Shown: one piece after another, positions 38,746 to 47,641 of the stretch | Numbering within the stretch: the stretch's first letter is position 1 | Layout of the letters: each line of letters starts with the position of its first letter | Virus record (IMG/VR): IMGVR_UViG_3300021514_000001 | Span: 1-59,752 of that record | Length of the DNA stretch: 59,752 bases | DNA from: a virus | Lineage: Duplodnaviria > Caudoviricetes | Reading direction: 5' to 3' (one strand) | Notes under the pieces: generated by a model | What the model was told of the DNA's origin: nothing | The model's database searches: none | The model's input: the letters and a program-made list of their open reading frames with translations, nothing else | Program-made: the position numbers and the translations under genes

Positions 38746-39667
38746 ATAATATTGTCCCGTATTGCTTAAATTCAGCCGCAAATATGTCCACTTTTGTGCT
38801 TGGCCCTATGTATATTATTGCTTGGGCTTGTAATGGTGTTTTGCCTTTGTTTCCTTCTTTGTCTATGAACCTGATCCTGCTCCTGGGAAAACATATGACT
38901 CCGCATTGTTCTGCTAATTGCCTGAACCACTTTGTTTCTGTCGCATTGTTCACCAGGATGATGGCTTCTTCTACTGTTCCGCTTGTTATGCTTTCTGCTA
39001 GTTTCTGACAGAATTGCGCGATTAATGGCTGTGAATAAGGTGGGTTCATCCATATTCTCCCGCCCCACTCCCATAGCAGTCCGTCATCTTCTTCTGTGAA
39101 GTAGGCAATTGCTTGTACTATTTCGTTTGCTGTTTCTGAGGAGGCAGGATCTAGGTCGATCTCTCCCATTACTTTTCTTGCGGATTCTATATATGTTTTT
39201 GGGGTATACCATTCGTTTTCGCCACTGGCTTGACCTACGTGCGCCCCATTGATTGCTCGCAATACGCCAGCCTGAGACAGCTCCTTTCCGCTGTCTTTCA
39301 TGTCGTTTATTATCTTGTCAAATTTTTCTTCGGGAATGCTTGCCATTTTCTGCCATCGGGACGACGACATCTTGCTGATGTTGTTATCTTCAAGCGCCTG
39401 GGCGTATTCGGAGATAGGTAACACGCTGTTACTTATCTTTTTCCCTGGCGGCTTCCCCCTCTCGTATTCCTCTAAAAATGTGCCTCCTTTTCTCTCGGCC
39501 CGTATCTGTACCTCTTTCGCTTCTTGGGCAACTTCTCCCATGTTTCTTGCTGTTGCTAATGCGTTTGCTGCCATTGCGGCATCCTTTATGTCTAATACGT
39601 CGACCATTTCACCGGCTTCTCTTAGAGCTAGTTTCATTCTGCTTATTGGTATTAGTTCTGTTGGCAT
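38735..39667 (-). CDS. Phage Dam-type N6-adenine DNA methyltransferase with an N-terminal helical domain
   Basis: ENEWYTP, IDLDPAS, WMNPPYS, NNATETKWF. Confidence 0.92.
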   Translation of the reverse strand: MPTELIPISRMKLALREAGEMVDVLDIKDAAMAANALATARNMGEVAQEAKEVQIRAERKGGTFLEEYERGKPPGKKISNSVLPISEYAQALEDNNISKMSSSRWQKMASIPEEKFDKIINDMKDSGKELSQAGVLRAINGAHVGQASGENEWYTPKTYIESARKVMGEIDLDPASSETANEIVQAIAYFTEEDDGLLWEWGGRIWMNPPYSQPLIAQFCQKLAESITSGTVEEAIILVNNATETKWFRQLAEQCGVICFPRSRIRFIDKEGNKGKTPLQAQAIIYIGPSTKVDIFAAEFKQYGTILYAR

Positions 39668-39685
39668 TTTGCCCCTTATAATAAA

Positions 39686-39829
39686 AAACGCCTTCTCTTG
39701 GCTGAGAAGGCGTTTGTGTTACAATTTCGTTAGTGACCGTGTCTCAGCGGTTGCTCGTTCCCCGGCTGTTTGTGCAGTGCGGGGTTTTTTGATCAACGAG
39801 AGTATATCACTACGTCTCTTTCTTGGCTA
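39686..39829 (-). promoter_or_regulatory. Promoter plus structured leader/attenuator upstream of the MTase
   Basis: TAGCCA-N17-TATACT; hairpins; 12-bp terminator stem with T-tract just before the RBS. Confidence 0.5.
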
Positions 39830-40034
39830 ACTGCAACAACACTTGCCCCCGCTGCACATCGTTTATATGCACCACCTCCTCCCATTCCTCTTTGTAGTCT
39901 TTTACCCAATATGCGATGAGGTCGTTGAGCGATACTAATACAATTTTGACTTCAATCCTGATCTCAGGATCGCTTCCTGTTATTTCCGCTTCGCCTCGCT
40001 CTCCTATCTCGTATGTTGGTTTTGACTCACTCAT
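39810..40034 (-). CDS. Hypothetical protein
   Basis: Small coupled ORF. Confidence 0.6.
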   Translation of the reverse strand: MSESKPTYEIGERGEAEITGSDPEIRIEVKIVLVSLNDLIAYWVKDYKEEWEEVVHINDVQRGQVLLQLAKKET

Positions 40035-40251
40035 CTGCTAGATACTCGCCCTTCTCTTCACATTCAATGAATAGCCACTCCTCTTTTGTGTTTAATCTTT
40101 CTAACCTGCTGACTTTTTCGCGGAGTTTTTCGATCTCTTCTTTTAGTTCTTGCTCTTTCGAGGAGGACACTCGCTTTGCTTTTTCCAATTCCTTTTCTAA
40201 CCACTTTATGTAGTTGACGGTTTTTGCGAAGCCTGATTCTTCGTTGCTCAT
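40027..40251 (-). CDS. Hypothetical coiled-coil protein
   Basis: GAGG RBS; coupled. Confidence 0.6.
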   Translation of the reverse strand: MSNEESGFAKTVNYIKWLEKELEKAKRVSSSKEQELKEEIEKLREKVSRLERLNTKEEWLFIECEEKGEYLADE

Positions 40252-40264
40252 TTATACCTCTCTC

Positions 40265-40519
40265 TTAACTGTCATAATATCGCCCATGCTCCACGTACAT
40301 TAAGCCGGCCTCTACCATACGCTCACATAGGTTATGGTGATCTTCTCTTAATGCTTTTAGCTCGTCTAGTATTTCTTGCTCTTTTGGGGAGAGTAAGGCC
40401 CGGCACAGGAGTAGCTTCTTGTTTATGGCTGCGTTTTCTGCGCTGAGGTTCTCGACTCGCTCTTCTAACCATTTTATGTGGGGTGGGAAATCATGGAATG
40501 TTGGTTCTTGCTCACTCAT
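40265..40519 (-). CDS. Hypothetical coiled-coil protein
   Basis: Coupled ORF; IKWLEE resembles IKWLEK of its neighbour. Confidence 0.6.
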   Translation of the reverse strand: MSEQEPTFHDFPPHIKWLEERVENLSAENAAINKKLLLCRALLSPKEQEILDELKALREDHHNLCERMVEAGLMYVEHGRYYDS

Positions 40520-40764
40520 TACTCTTTCCTCGCGGTAGACTCGGCGCTCGCTATGATCGCCTGCATCTCTGCTTTCTCTGTCACGCTGTCGTCAGCAATA
40601 CGGTTTAGCTTCTCGGCGCCATCTTCTACGGCCGCACGGTTGCTGCTTTTTGCTATTACCCGTATGCCGGTCTTGAAATCGAATAAGGTCCACTTGTTGC
40701 CCCATTCCCGAACTGCCCTAAACCTGGGCTTGTCGTTGTGGATCGCTCCGTACTTGTCGTTCAT
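40519..40764 (-). CDS. Hypothetical protein
   Basis: AGGAG RBS; coupled. Confidence 0.6.
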   Translation of the reverse strand: MNDKYGAIHNDKPRFRAVREWGNKWTLFDFKTGIRVIAKSSNRAAVEDGAEKLNRIADDSVTEKAEMQAIIASAESTARKE

Positions 40765-40940
40765 AGTTTCTCCTGGATGATCTTCGCGGCGCTGATTAGT
40801 CCAGCTATCCGACCTTCGTTGAAAATTCCGGTTACTCTATCCCCTTCCCGCCTGGCGCTTTTGGCTTTGTTTTTGCTGTCATTGATCTCTTTGCTGATCT
40901 TCCAAAGTTGGTTCTCGCTGGTTTCTTTTGCGCTGCTCAT
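40761..40940 (-). CDS. Hypothetical protein
   Basis: ATGA overlap with the upstream MTase. Confidence 0.55.
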   Translation of the reverse strand: MSSAKETSENQLWKISKEINDSKNKAKSARREGDRVTGIFNEGRIAGLISAAKIIQEKL

Positions 40941-41656
40941 AGTAGCCCTCTCTCCTTCATTGATAAAAGATGCCACGGTATGTCTATGCTCCCGCCAAGT
41001 TTTAGGAATGCCGTGGCAAATGTCTCTGTGTTATCACCAAAGTATGTGACCATGCTCGCTTTGCTTACGCCTTTGGCTACTTTTCCCGATTCTCCGTCTA
41101 TATAATTTATCCGCACGTCAGGCTTCCACCTGGGATACTCTTTTAATATGTTGCCCCATCCTGTGCTTTCGCTGGCGAAGGTTAGCATTAATCCTTCGAC
41201 GATCTCGCCTGTTCTCCAGGCATACTCCATTCTGCTTACCCATTCTAATATGCCCGGCCGGAACTGTAGGATGTGGTAATCTCTTTTCTGACACCTTTTC
41301 TTGTAACAGCTAAAGTTCCCGTCTTTGTTCACGTTGCAGGCGCTCTCTCCCTGCCCGAAGGGTGGGTTGAGCCACACACGCCCTTCCCAATCTTTTGTCA
41401 GTCCGTCTTGCCCTCTATACCTGCGATAGAATCTTGCGTCGCCTGACCATCTTGGATTGATTGGTACTTCTTCGTAGCCAGGTTCGAGATAGCTTCTTCT
41501 CGCTTCGATTCGCAGGTTCGCTTTTTCGCTGGTGGCCGGGTCGAGATCGATTTCTCCTCCGAATACTTCTTTTGCTGCTTCTATGATGTCCATTGGCGTC
41601 CACCACTCGACGTTCCCGCTGCTTTGGTTGATTAGTTCGTGATTTTCCATGCTCAT
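40937..41656 (-). CDS. Second phage Dam-type N6-adenine DNA methyltransferase
   Basis: NVEWWTP, IDLDPAT, VWLNPPFG; Cys-containing insertion. Confidence 0.88.
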   Translation of the reverse strand: MSMENHELINQSSGNVEWWTPMDIIEAAKEVFGGEIDLDPATSEKANLRIEARRSYLEPGYEEVPINPRWSGDARFYRRYRGQDGLTKDWEGRVWLNPPFGQGESACNVNKDGNFSCYKKRCQKRDYHILQFRPGILEWVSRMEYAWRTGEIVEGLMLTFASESTGWGNILKEYPRWKPDVRINYIDGESGKVAKGVSKASMVTYFGDNTETFATAFLKLGGSIDIPWHLLSMKERGLL

Positions 41657-41660
41657 CTCC

Positions 41661-41870
41661 TTACCAGAACCAAGCTGGCTTTACTTCTCCACACTTGCTG
41701 CACATCCATCCTACAAGTTTTACTTCTCCTAGTCCGTTGGTTAGGAATTTCCCTTCGCTAATAAATCGCCCGCACTTAGGACAACGCCTGAATACGTACC
41801 CCAGGCCATTTCCTCCGCAGTCAAAACAGACTAATGCCTCTCTCTTCCCCCATTCGTAATCAACTGGCAT
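41661..41870 (-). CDS. Small zinc-ribbon protein
   Basis: CFDC, CPKC, CSKC; start MPVDY with GAGG RBS. Confidence 0.65.
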   Translation of the reverse strand: MPVDYEWGKREALVCFDCGGNGLGYVFRRCPKCGRFISEGKFLTNGLGEVKLVGWMCSKCGEVKPAWFW

Positions 41871-41872
41871 CG

Positions 41873-42115
41873 CTACCTCTTCGGCGTGAGCCAATCTGCA
41901 TAGACCCAACCATCTGCTATGCCCTTCTCGTGACATTCGGTTTTTTGTACTACTCCGGTAATGTTCCCGTAATCGTCTTTGAGAATGGATAGATCGCAGA
42001 TGTATCGCCGCTGCTCTCCTAGTGGATCGCTGCTGGCCCGAACATACACGCGCATGGGATGATACTCTTGCCCGCAGTAGTAACATTTGTCGATTTCTGC
42101 TGCCGCTTTTTTCAT
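41873..42115 (-). CDS. Small Cys-containing hypothetical protein
   Basis: CYYC; AAGGGG RBS. Confidence 0.6.
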   Translation of the reverse strand: MKKAAAEIDKCYYCGQEYHPMRVYVRASSDPLGEQRRYICDLSILKDDYGNITGVVQKTECHEKGIADGWVYADWLTPKR

Positions 42116-42162
42116 GCTGTTTCCCCTTTATTTGCTCCACTCCTGCTCAGGAATGTCCTTAG

Positions 42163-42190
42163 ATTATACCATAGAATACGTACTGGGCAA
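42163..42190 (-). promoter_or_regulatory. Promoter TTGCCC-N16-TATAAT (extended -10) driving the small-gene/MTase block
   Basis: Consensus TGGTATAAT in the intergenic gap. Confidence 0.6.
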
Positions 42191-42200
42191 TAGATTGCGC

Positions 42201-43124
42201 TTATTGCTCAGCGGCTCCCGGTAGCTTTTCGTCGTCGCTCGCTTCTGCCTGATCTAAGATAACAACTGGTCGGCCGTTCTCCGTACCTGGCGCTGCTCCC
42301 AATTCGTCCCAACTGCTGAGCTGACTGGTTGCTTTTTCCATTAGCTGCGCGACTTGCCCTTCGCTTAATTCCGCTTTTATGTTGATGTTGGTATTTACAG
42401 AGCCTTTTGCTGCGGTGGATCGGTCTGCGGCTTGCATGATGTCTCGCGCCGCTTGCAGCTGCACCCACGGGTTTGGATGCTCTAATAATGTGGTCCTGAC
42501 TTCTGCGGCCCGACCTGCACTGGTCCGGGTGATTCGCGTCGCCTTCCTGATCTCGCTTAATTCGTGATCCAGAACCTCGCTCTCCATTAGGCTGTAGATC
42601 TCGTCGTAGATGCTGCGGATCTTGGGTTTCATCATCCACTGTTCCCAGGCTACCCGGCTTGAGGTAATGGCTAGGTCAAAGACTTGCTTCCTTGGCTTGC
42701 TTAGGTAATCTGCGGTAACAACGAGTAGGATGGTCCTTTTCATGACGAGCATTTGTAGGTTTTTGACTTTCCAGGTGTCTATCCTGTCTAATATTGGCTT
42801 GGTCTTTGCTAACCACCTGATGTGATGCTCGGTTATCCCTTCTTCTATGGCGGTTTTTTGTACCCACTTGGTCATTTCGCTGAAATCTTCGTGCTTGGGC
42901 TTGCCTAGACTCCTGGCAAACCATTCCATTGGCCCCTCATCTTTCCCCTTGGCTTCCGGTAGCTCTACTTCTGCGAATTCTGCGGCCGGCCCTTGCTGTA
43001 TCTTGTGACTCTTTTCGTGCCACCACTTCTTTTCTCGCTCTTTCGCTGCTTTTTCTGCTTCTATGTCAGGGGGATCTGTCCTTCTGTTTCGCCTGGTGTT
43101 GCTGCTGCTGCTTTCTGCGCTCAT
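42201..43124 (-). CDS. Putative terminase small subunit
   Basis: First gene of the late strand; HTH-like centre; AAEVRTTLL...VQLQAARDIM helical motif typical of TerS-like proteins. Confidence 0.5.
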   Translation of the reverse strand: MSAESSSSNTRRNRRTDPPDIEAEKAAKEREKKWWHEKSHKIQQGPAAEFAEVELPEAKGKDEGPMEWFARSLGKPKHEDFSEMTKWVQKTAIEEGITEHHIRWLAKTKPILDRIDTWKVKNLQMLVMKRTILLVVTADYLSKPRKQVFDLAITSSRVAWEQWMMKPKIRSIYDEIYSLMESEVLDHELSEIRKATRITRTSAGRAAEVRTTLLEHPNPWVQLQAARDIMQAADRSTAAKGSVNTNINIKAELSEGQVAQLMEKATSQLSSWDELGAAPGTENGRPVVILDQAEASDDEKLPGAAEQ

Positions 43125-43223
43125 TGGTTGCCTCCTTCGGCGGCCGTTTGCTTACTCTGTTTTATATTACCACGTTTTTACGGGCTTTCCGTACTGTTAC
43201 GCGCCGTGTCTTCGGAGTTTTAA

Positions 43224-44048
43224 TGCTAGGGGAGGGGGATCTGGTATAATATTGGGGTGTTTATTGTGCGGTTCGCGCTGCGACTACAGCCAACCGCTCT
43301 ACACCTTCAAAGGAGGTGCAGCTTGGATCAAGACTCTATCATCAATCCAAAACATTTCCACGGTAAACCTTGCAAGAAATGTGGGGCTACGCTTCGGTAT
43401 AAGCGCAATCGTAGGTGTGTCGAATGTAAGAAGAAAGAAAACCATTGTTGGTCAGAAGGTAATAGAGAAAGAACGCGAAGTAATAGTCGTCGTTATTATT
43501 ATGCAAATTTAGAGGAGCGCCTTAAAAAAAATCGCGCTTATCGAAAAGCTAATCCTGGAAAGGACCGTGAACAAAGGCGTAGATATCGTCAGGAAAATCG
43601 AGAAAGGATTCGGAAAATAAATCGTCGTTATTATTATGCAAATCCAGAGAAGGTTCGAGCAGGGGTCCGCCGATGGGGGCTGGCAAATCCAAATAGATTG
43701 CGTTTTTATAGCCAGCGGCGCCGTGCTCTAAAGTATACCGCAACGGTTGAAAACGTCATTGATACAAAAGTCTTTGCGCGTAACAAATGGACCTGCGGGA
43801 TCTGTGATAAGCCTGTAGATCCAGACCTCAGGCATCCAGATCCGATGAGCGCAAGCCTTGATCACATCATCCCGCTGTCAAGGGGTGGGGATCACTCTTA
43901 TGCGAATACTCAATGTACACACCTGGTTTGTAACTTGAGGAAGCATAATAAATATGATGGTCCGAATCCTGATGGTTCTTCTCGTTGGTTTCAGTTAACA
44001 CTTTTTTGATTTACGACCGTTTGATCAGTTTTGCTAGGGGAGGGGGAT
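43224..44048. repeat. 17-bp exact direct repeat TGCTAGGGGAGGGGGAT flanking the HNH gene (43224-43240, 44032-44048)
   Basis: Read directly. Confidence 0.9.
43257..44009 (+). CDS. HNH endonuclease with N-terminal zinc finger and basic repeats
   Basis: CKKC...CVEC; CGIC...SLDHIIPLSRGGDHSYANTQCTHLVCNLRK. Confidence 0.92.
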   Translation: MFIVRFALRLQPTALHLQRRCSLDQDSIINPKHFHGKPCKKCGATLRYKRNRRCVECKKKENHCWSEGNRERTRSNSRRYYYANLEERLKKNRAYRKANPGKDREQRRRYRQENRERIRKINRRYYYANPEKVRAGVRRWGLANPNRLRFYSQRRRALKYTATVENVIDTKVFARNKWTCGICDKPVDPDLRHPDPMSASLDHIIPLSRGGDHSYANTQCTHLVCNLRKHNKYDGPNPDGSSRWFQLTLF

Positions 44049-44049
44049 T

Positions 44050-44900
44050 GAAAATATATTTTAGACTTTCTTCGCCTTTCTTCCTTATTCCAAGTCTCTT
44101 TTACTAACTGTCGGTGTGCCTGTCGGGTTCCTTTATAGGGTTGCTCCGGTGTCGTAACCTCTTTTGGTTGAGGAGGGATTTTCTAGGGAGTCCCTCAGCG
44201 TAAGCTTTCGATGACCTCTCCTAAGCCGGCGCACCGGCTACGACCGGCACTCCGGCCGGTCGTCACGTATCTGTATCTGTATCTTAGTCTCTGTATCTAT
44301 ACTAGATACAGAGACGCATCAGCTTCCATGCTATCACATGCTCGCAGATGCCCACACCACACGGCCGTCACGTATGTATAGTCCGTGTGGTGTGTGTGTG
44401 TGTGTGGGGAAACCTCGTCGTTTTGTGTTACCTAAAGGTAACAGTCACTCCTCGGTTTCCCCACTGGGGGGGTGTGTGTATGTAGTGTGTAGGCATGTGA
44501 CCATACCTACGGCCGTAAAGAAAGACCGGCTCCACGGTCCCCCATAATTTTGGGAGAGCATGAAGCCGGTGCTTGCATGAGCGTGCACGTGTGGGGTGGG
44601 GGATGTATCCGTATGTATAGTGACGGCATGTGTGCCTCGGCTTGCCTCCGACGGGCGGTTCCGATCGGCATCGGGTTCGCCTTCGCCCCGGCCGTGAAGG
44701 GATGCCCCTGCATGATAAAGCATGTGGTGTACACGTGTGTGCATGGTGGTGCATGTGTCAGATACCCAGGGGTGACGGGGGTACACAGGTGTGCCGGGGG
44801 CATATACATATATATGCACAATGCAGAATCCATTAATACTATATGGCTTCGACTTGCCGTGTGTGCGTAGCACTAGAGGACTATGCGAAAACAAGGGGGG
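44050..44900. other. Non-coding region rich in palindromes and purine-pyrimidine alternation (candidate pac/terminus or second origin)
   Basis: (GTATCT)3, hairpin GTCTCTGTATCTA/TAGATACAGAGAC, a (GT)n run and many GCATG; ORFs here look spurious. Confidence 0.5.
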
Positions 44901-44907
44901 TGTATGA

Positions 44908-45537
44908 TCATTCCTTATTTTGCGGCCCTGCACGAAGAGTCTTTAATAGTGCTTCCTGAGCATCATGCTGTTGCTTCGACTTGTCGGGTGCTTGCTCGAC
45001 ATTAGCACAGAGTACAGATAATTCCCTGAGATATGCTGCCTGTACTACTGGATCGGGATGGGGGGCTGGGATATGGATGATTTTATCCTCCAGAGCAGCC
45101 AGGTAGATGTCAGCTTCAAGATCGGATGGAGCAGGGGCTTCATCCTCTTCGTGGCCTACGATGAGGTCAATGATCTTATCGTGCGGCCAGCGACGAAGTA
45201 ACTGGCGAGCAGCTTTGGAAGCTGGGCCACCTTGTTCTGCAAGCAATTCGTTGCTGTCAAGCAGCATAAAGTCCTCTGCTCCAGCTACTTTGTAAGAAAC
45301 TTCGATGTCGTAGAAAACATTAACAGACAAGATCTCAACGTCTTTCCGCAGGGGAGCGTTGCTGGGCTTGGCCCTGGGCATGAACTCTTCATCGTGAAAA
45401 ACTGCGTATTCGTCCATTCCTGCTTCAACTTCTTCTGCAAACGCTGCATCCGATGCCTGCTTGTTCCATGCTTTGTATTCGTCGCTGCCGATGTCCATAG
45501 ATTTGTACTCTTTACCGTTAATAATCATAATGTACAC
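44908..45537 (-). CDS. Hypothetical acidic protein
   Basis: GAGGAG RBS; 209 aa. Confidence 0.7.
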   Translation of the reverse strand: MYIMIINGKEYKSMDIGSDEYKAWNKQASDAAFAEEVEAGMDEYAVFHDEEFMPRAKPSNAPLRKDVEILSVNVFYDIEVSYKVAGAEDFMLLDSNELLAEQGGPASKAARQLLRRWPHDKIIDLIVGHEEDEAPAPSDLEADIYLAALEDKIIHIPAPHPDPVVQAAYLRELSVLCANVEQAPDKSKQQHDAQEALLKTLRAGPQNKE

Positions 45538-45576
45538 TCCTCGTGTAACTAAATGTGTGATTGCTCTAAATAAATA

Positions 45577-45809
45577 GCGACCGGCTCATGCGGGCGGGTG
45601 GAGTCCTCGGAAGTCGTCCGTGTGAGCCGGTGCGGGCATGTGATTAACTAGAACAGTTGTCGAGAGAGGATCTTCGCACCGTCGCAGGCGAAGCGAGGGT
45701 CCTCCCGTACATTCGGTGGAGGCAGGCTGTCCTCAGTCTGACTCCGCCGAACCTCCTGGTGTTCATGCACCAGGAGGAAGTGCCGGGATGTTTCCTACAG
45801 CCCGGTCGC
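45577..45809 (+). ncRNA. Candidate structured RNA or ssDNA element (five GC-rich hairpins, ends GCGACCGG/CCGGTCGC)
   Basis: Consecutive long stems; wobble pairs are G-U on the + strand. Confidence 0.5.
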
Positions 45810-45810
45810 C

Positions 45811-46035
45811 CTAGAGAAATGCTTGAAGTTCCTCTCTAGTATATTGCGTGATGGGGGGCGCCAGATGTGGGTAACGACGGAGTACCTCAACCTCCAAACA
45901 GTAGATACACTGGACTGGCTCCATTTTGCCATTGACTCGATGGTAGTCACGGCCGTTATCACATCCTGATTTACATCCATAATACTTGATCTTGGGGTTA
46001 GCTGCCGGATTGAATAACTTTGATAGAAAGCTCAT
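45811..46035 (-). CDS. Small Cys-rich protein
   Basis: CKSGC...CIYC; AAGGAG RBS. Confidence 0.65.
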   Translation of the reverse strand: MSFLSKLFNPAANPKIKYYGCKSGCDNGRDYHRVNGKMEPVQCIYCLEVEVLRRYPHLAPPITQYTREELQAFL

Positions 46036-46051
46036 GTGGGTGTCTCCTTGT

Positions 46052-46492
46052 TTAGCACCAATCTGTTTTGTCTAACACGGTTAGCCTGGCGCAAATGACT
46101 GCAAGTTCATCCTCATCTTCGGGGGAGAGGTTAAACTCTAATCCGTTTTCACCTTCCGTGGATCGTTCGCAAAGCTCCTGCCGCCGGTCCTCAAGATTGT
46201 CCCACTCACTAAGAAGGGCGTGTATACGCATTGTTCTGAACCAATCAATGATTTCTTGAAGGGTGAATATGCTAAAAAATTGTGTGTCGTAGGAGAGTAC
46301 AACACCAAACAATTCGCCCTTGATGACAAATAGACAAATTTCGTTTAGTTCATCCTCAACAATGGTTACGCTTGCGTTTCCCTCGTGAGCATTGCGAAGC
46401 AAGATGCGCTGCCATGCAGGTGAAAGCATGTCCGTTCCATCGGATTGAAGCAGGGTCATTGGTTGTTCGATTGTTCTTTCTGTATGTAACAT
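46052..46492 (-). CDS. Hypothetical protein
   Basis: GAGGAG RBS. Confidence 0.7.
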   Translation of the reverse strand: MLHTERTIEQPMTLLQSDGTDMLSPAWQRILLRNAHEGNASVTIVEDELNEICLFVIKGELFGVVLSYDTQFFSIFTLQEIIDWFRTMRIHALLSEWDNLEDRRQELCERSTEGENGLEFNLSPEDEDELAVICARLTVLDKTDWC

Positions 46493-46586
46493 GCGGTTGT
46501 CTCCTCGCGGAGCAGGTGGGGCGTATTATGCCTGACCTGCTCCATAGTTAATTTAATAGATATTAAATGAGATATGGGAACCTCTC

Positions 46587-47204
46587 TTAACGAGTGGGGT
46601 CTGGCCCAAAATCCTTTGTAGCTTCGGCCTGCTGATCAAGAAGCTGATCGGTAAGGTCTTGGATGGTTTTGTCACGACGGTCAATGTCTGCGTTAAGACT
46701 TTTGATAGCCGCGTTACGCTGTTTGATCGTTCTTACATAGCCAGTGATGAGTTTTGGCTCATCCGGCAAACTTGGATTATCAAGCGTTTCAATCTGACCC
46801 TCAAGATCAACGATGGTTGCGCGAAACTCGGCCGCATCTTCCATGTAAGTACGGAGATTGTTCTGGTAGCCCCTGACGAGATCTTTACCCCTGCGCTTTT
46901 CCTCATTGAGCGAGTTGTAAAAGAAGTCGCGGTTGGCACGCATTGAATCAAGTTCCTCCTTGAGTTCTATGATAGTTTTCGGATGATCAATGTCACGAAT
47001 CTTTTCAAGCTCCTCGCGCAGATCCTTGTTGCCTCTCCATGCGTTATGCAAATGCCGGCCAACTTCGACCAAATCAGCTTCGCGCTCGCTGATGACTTTC
47101 AAAAGACCTTGGATGCGATCATGATCGGAATCGTCGCTGATTGCCAGCATGATCTTGACTAACTTCTCTTCGGTTACGTAGTTGTTCATAGTTATATCCT
47201 CCAT
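46587..47204 (-). CDS. Coiled-coil protein
   Basis: Heptad-rich; start probably MNNYV near 47189. Confidence 0.7.
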   Translation of the reverse strand: MEDITMNNYVTEEKLVKIMLAISDDSDHDRIQGLLKVISEREADLVEVGRHLHNAWRGNKDLREELEKIRDIDHPKTIIELKEELDSMRANRDFFYNSLNEEKRRGKDLVRGYQNNLRTYMEDAAEFRATIVDLEGQIETLDNPSLPDEPKLITGYVRTIKQRNAAIKSLNADIDRRDKTIQDLTDQLLDQQAEATKDFGPDPTR

Positions 47205-47590
47205 CCGTATACGGTGTTCAAAACGTTGATGCCGTTAAAGGCTTTCTCGATGTAAATGTTAGCAATAGAAAAGCCGGATTTTTCCTCGGCTTCTATCGCG
47301 TACCAGGATGACTTTAAGATATTCGTGACAATAGTATGTTGTTCACCTGGGCAATTAAGATCTCGTATTTCTTTGTCAATACCCTGCCCTTGGGATAAGG
47401 CGTTCTCGTAAGCCATAGTACCACGAGCATACTGAACGTATGTTGCAGCTGCGTCGTTTATCGCAGAGACGACAATGGGATGATACTCAGGACTATCGCA
47501 GATGGGCGATGGTTTCTTGGGACCACATCCCATAAGCAAGAGTGCGAAAAAGAAAAAGACGAATACATTGGTTCGGTTGTGATTGGACAT
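47192..47590 (-). CDS. Lipoprotein
   Basis: Signal peptide with lipobox FFALLLMG-C. Confidence 0.75.
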   Translation of the reverse strand: MSNHNRTNVFVFFFFALLLMGCGPKKPSPICDSPEYHPIVVSAINDAAATYVQYARGTMAYENALSQGQGIDKEIRDLNCPGEQHTIVTNILKSSWYAIEAEEKSGFSIANIYIEKAFNGINVLNTVYGWRI

Positions 47591-47641
47591 AGGTTTCCCC
47601 TTGGCCCCGCTGATTGCTCAAATCAACGGGGCGATAATAAG

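Noticed and set aside
42208-42639. Alternative-frame 143-aa ORF inside the putative TerS
   Set aside because: Arg/Ser-rich frame-shadow composition; fully nested
44338-44933. Overlapping His/Thr/Cys/Val-rich ORFs on both strands
   Set aside because: Composition follows from (CA/TG)-rich low-complexity DNA; no convincing RBS or coding signal
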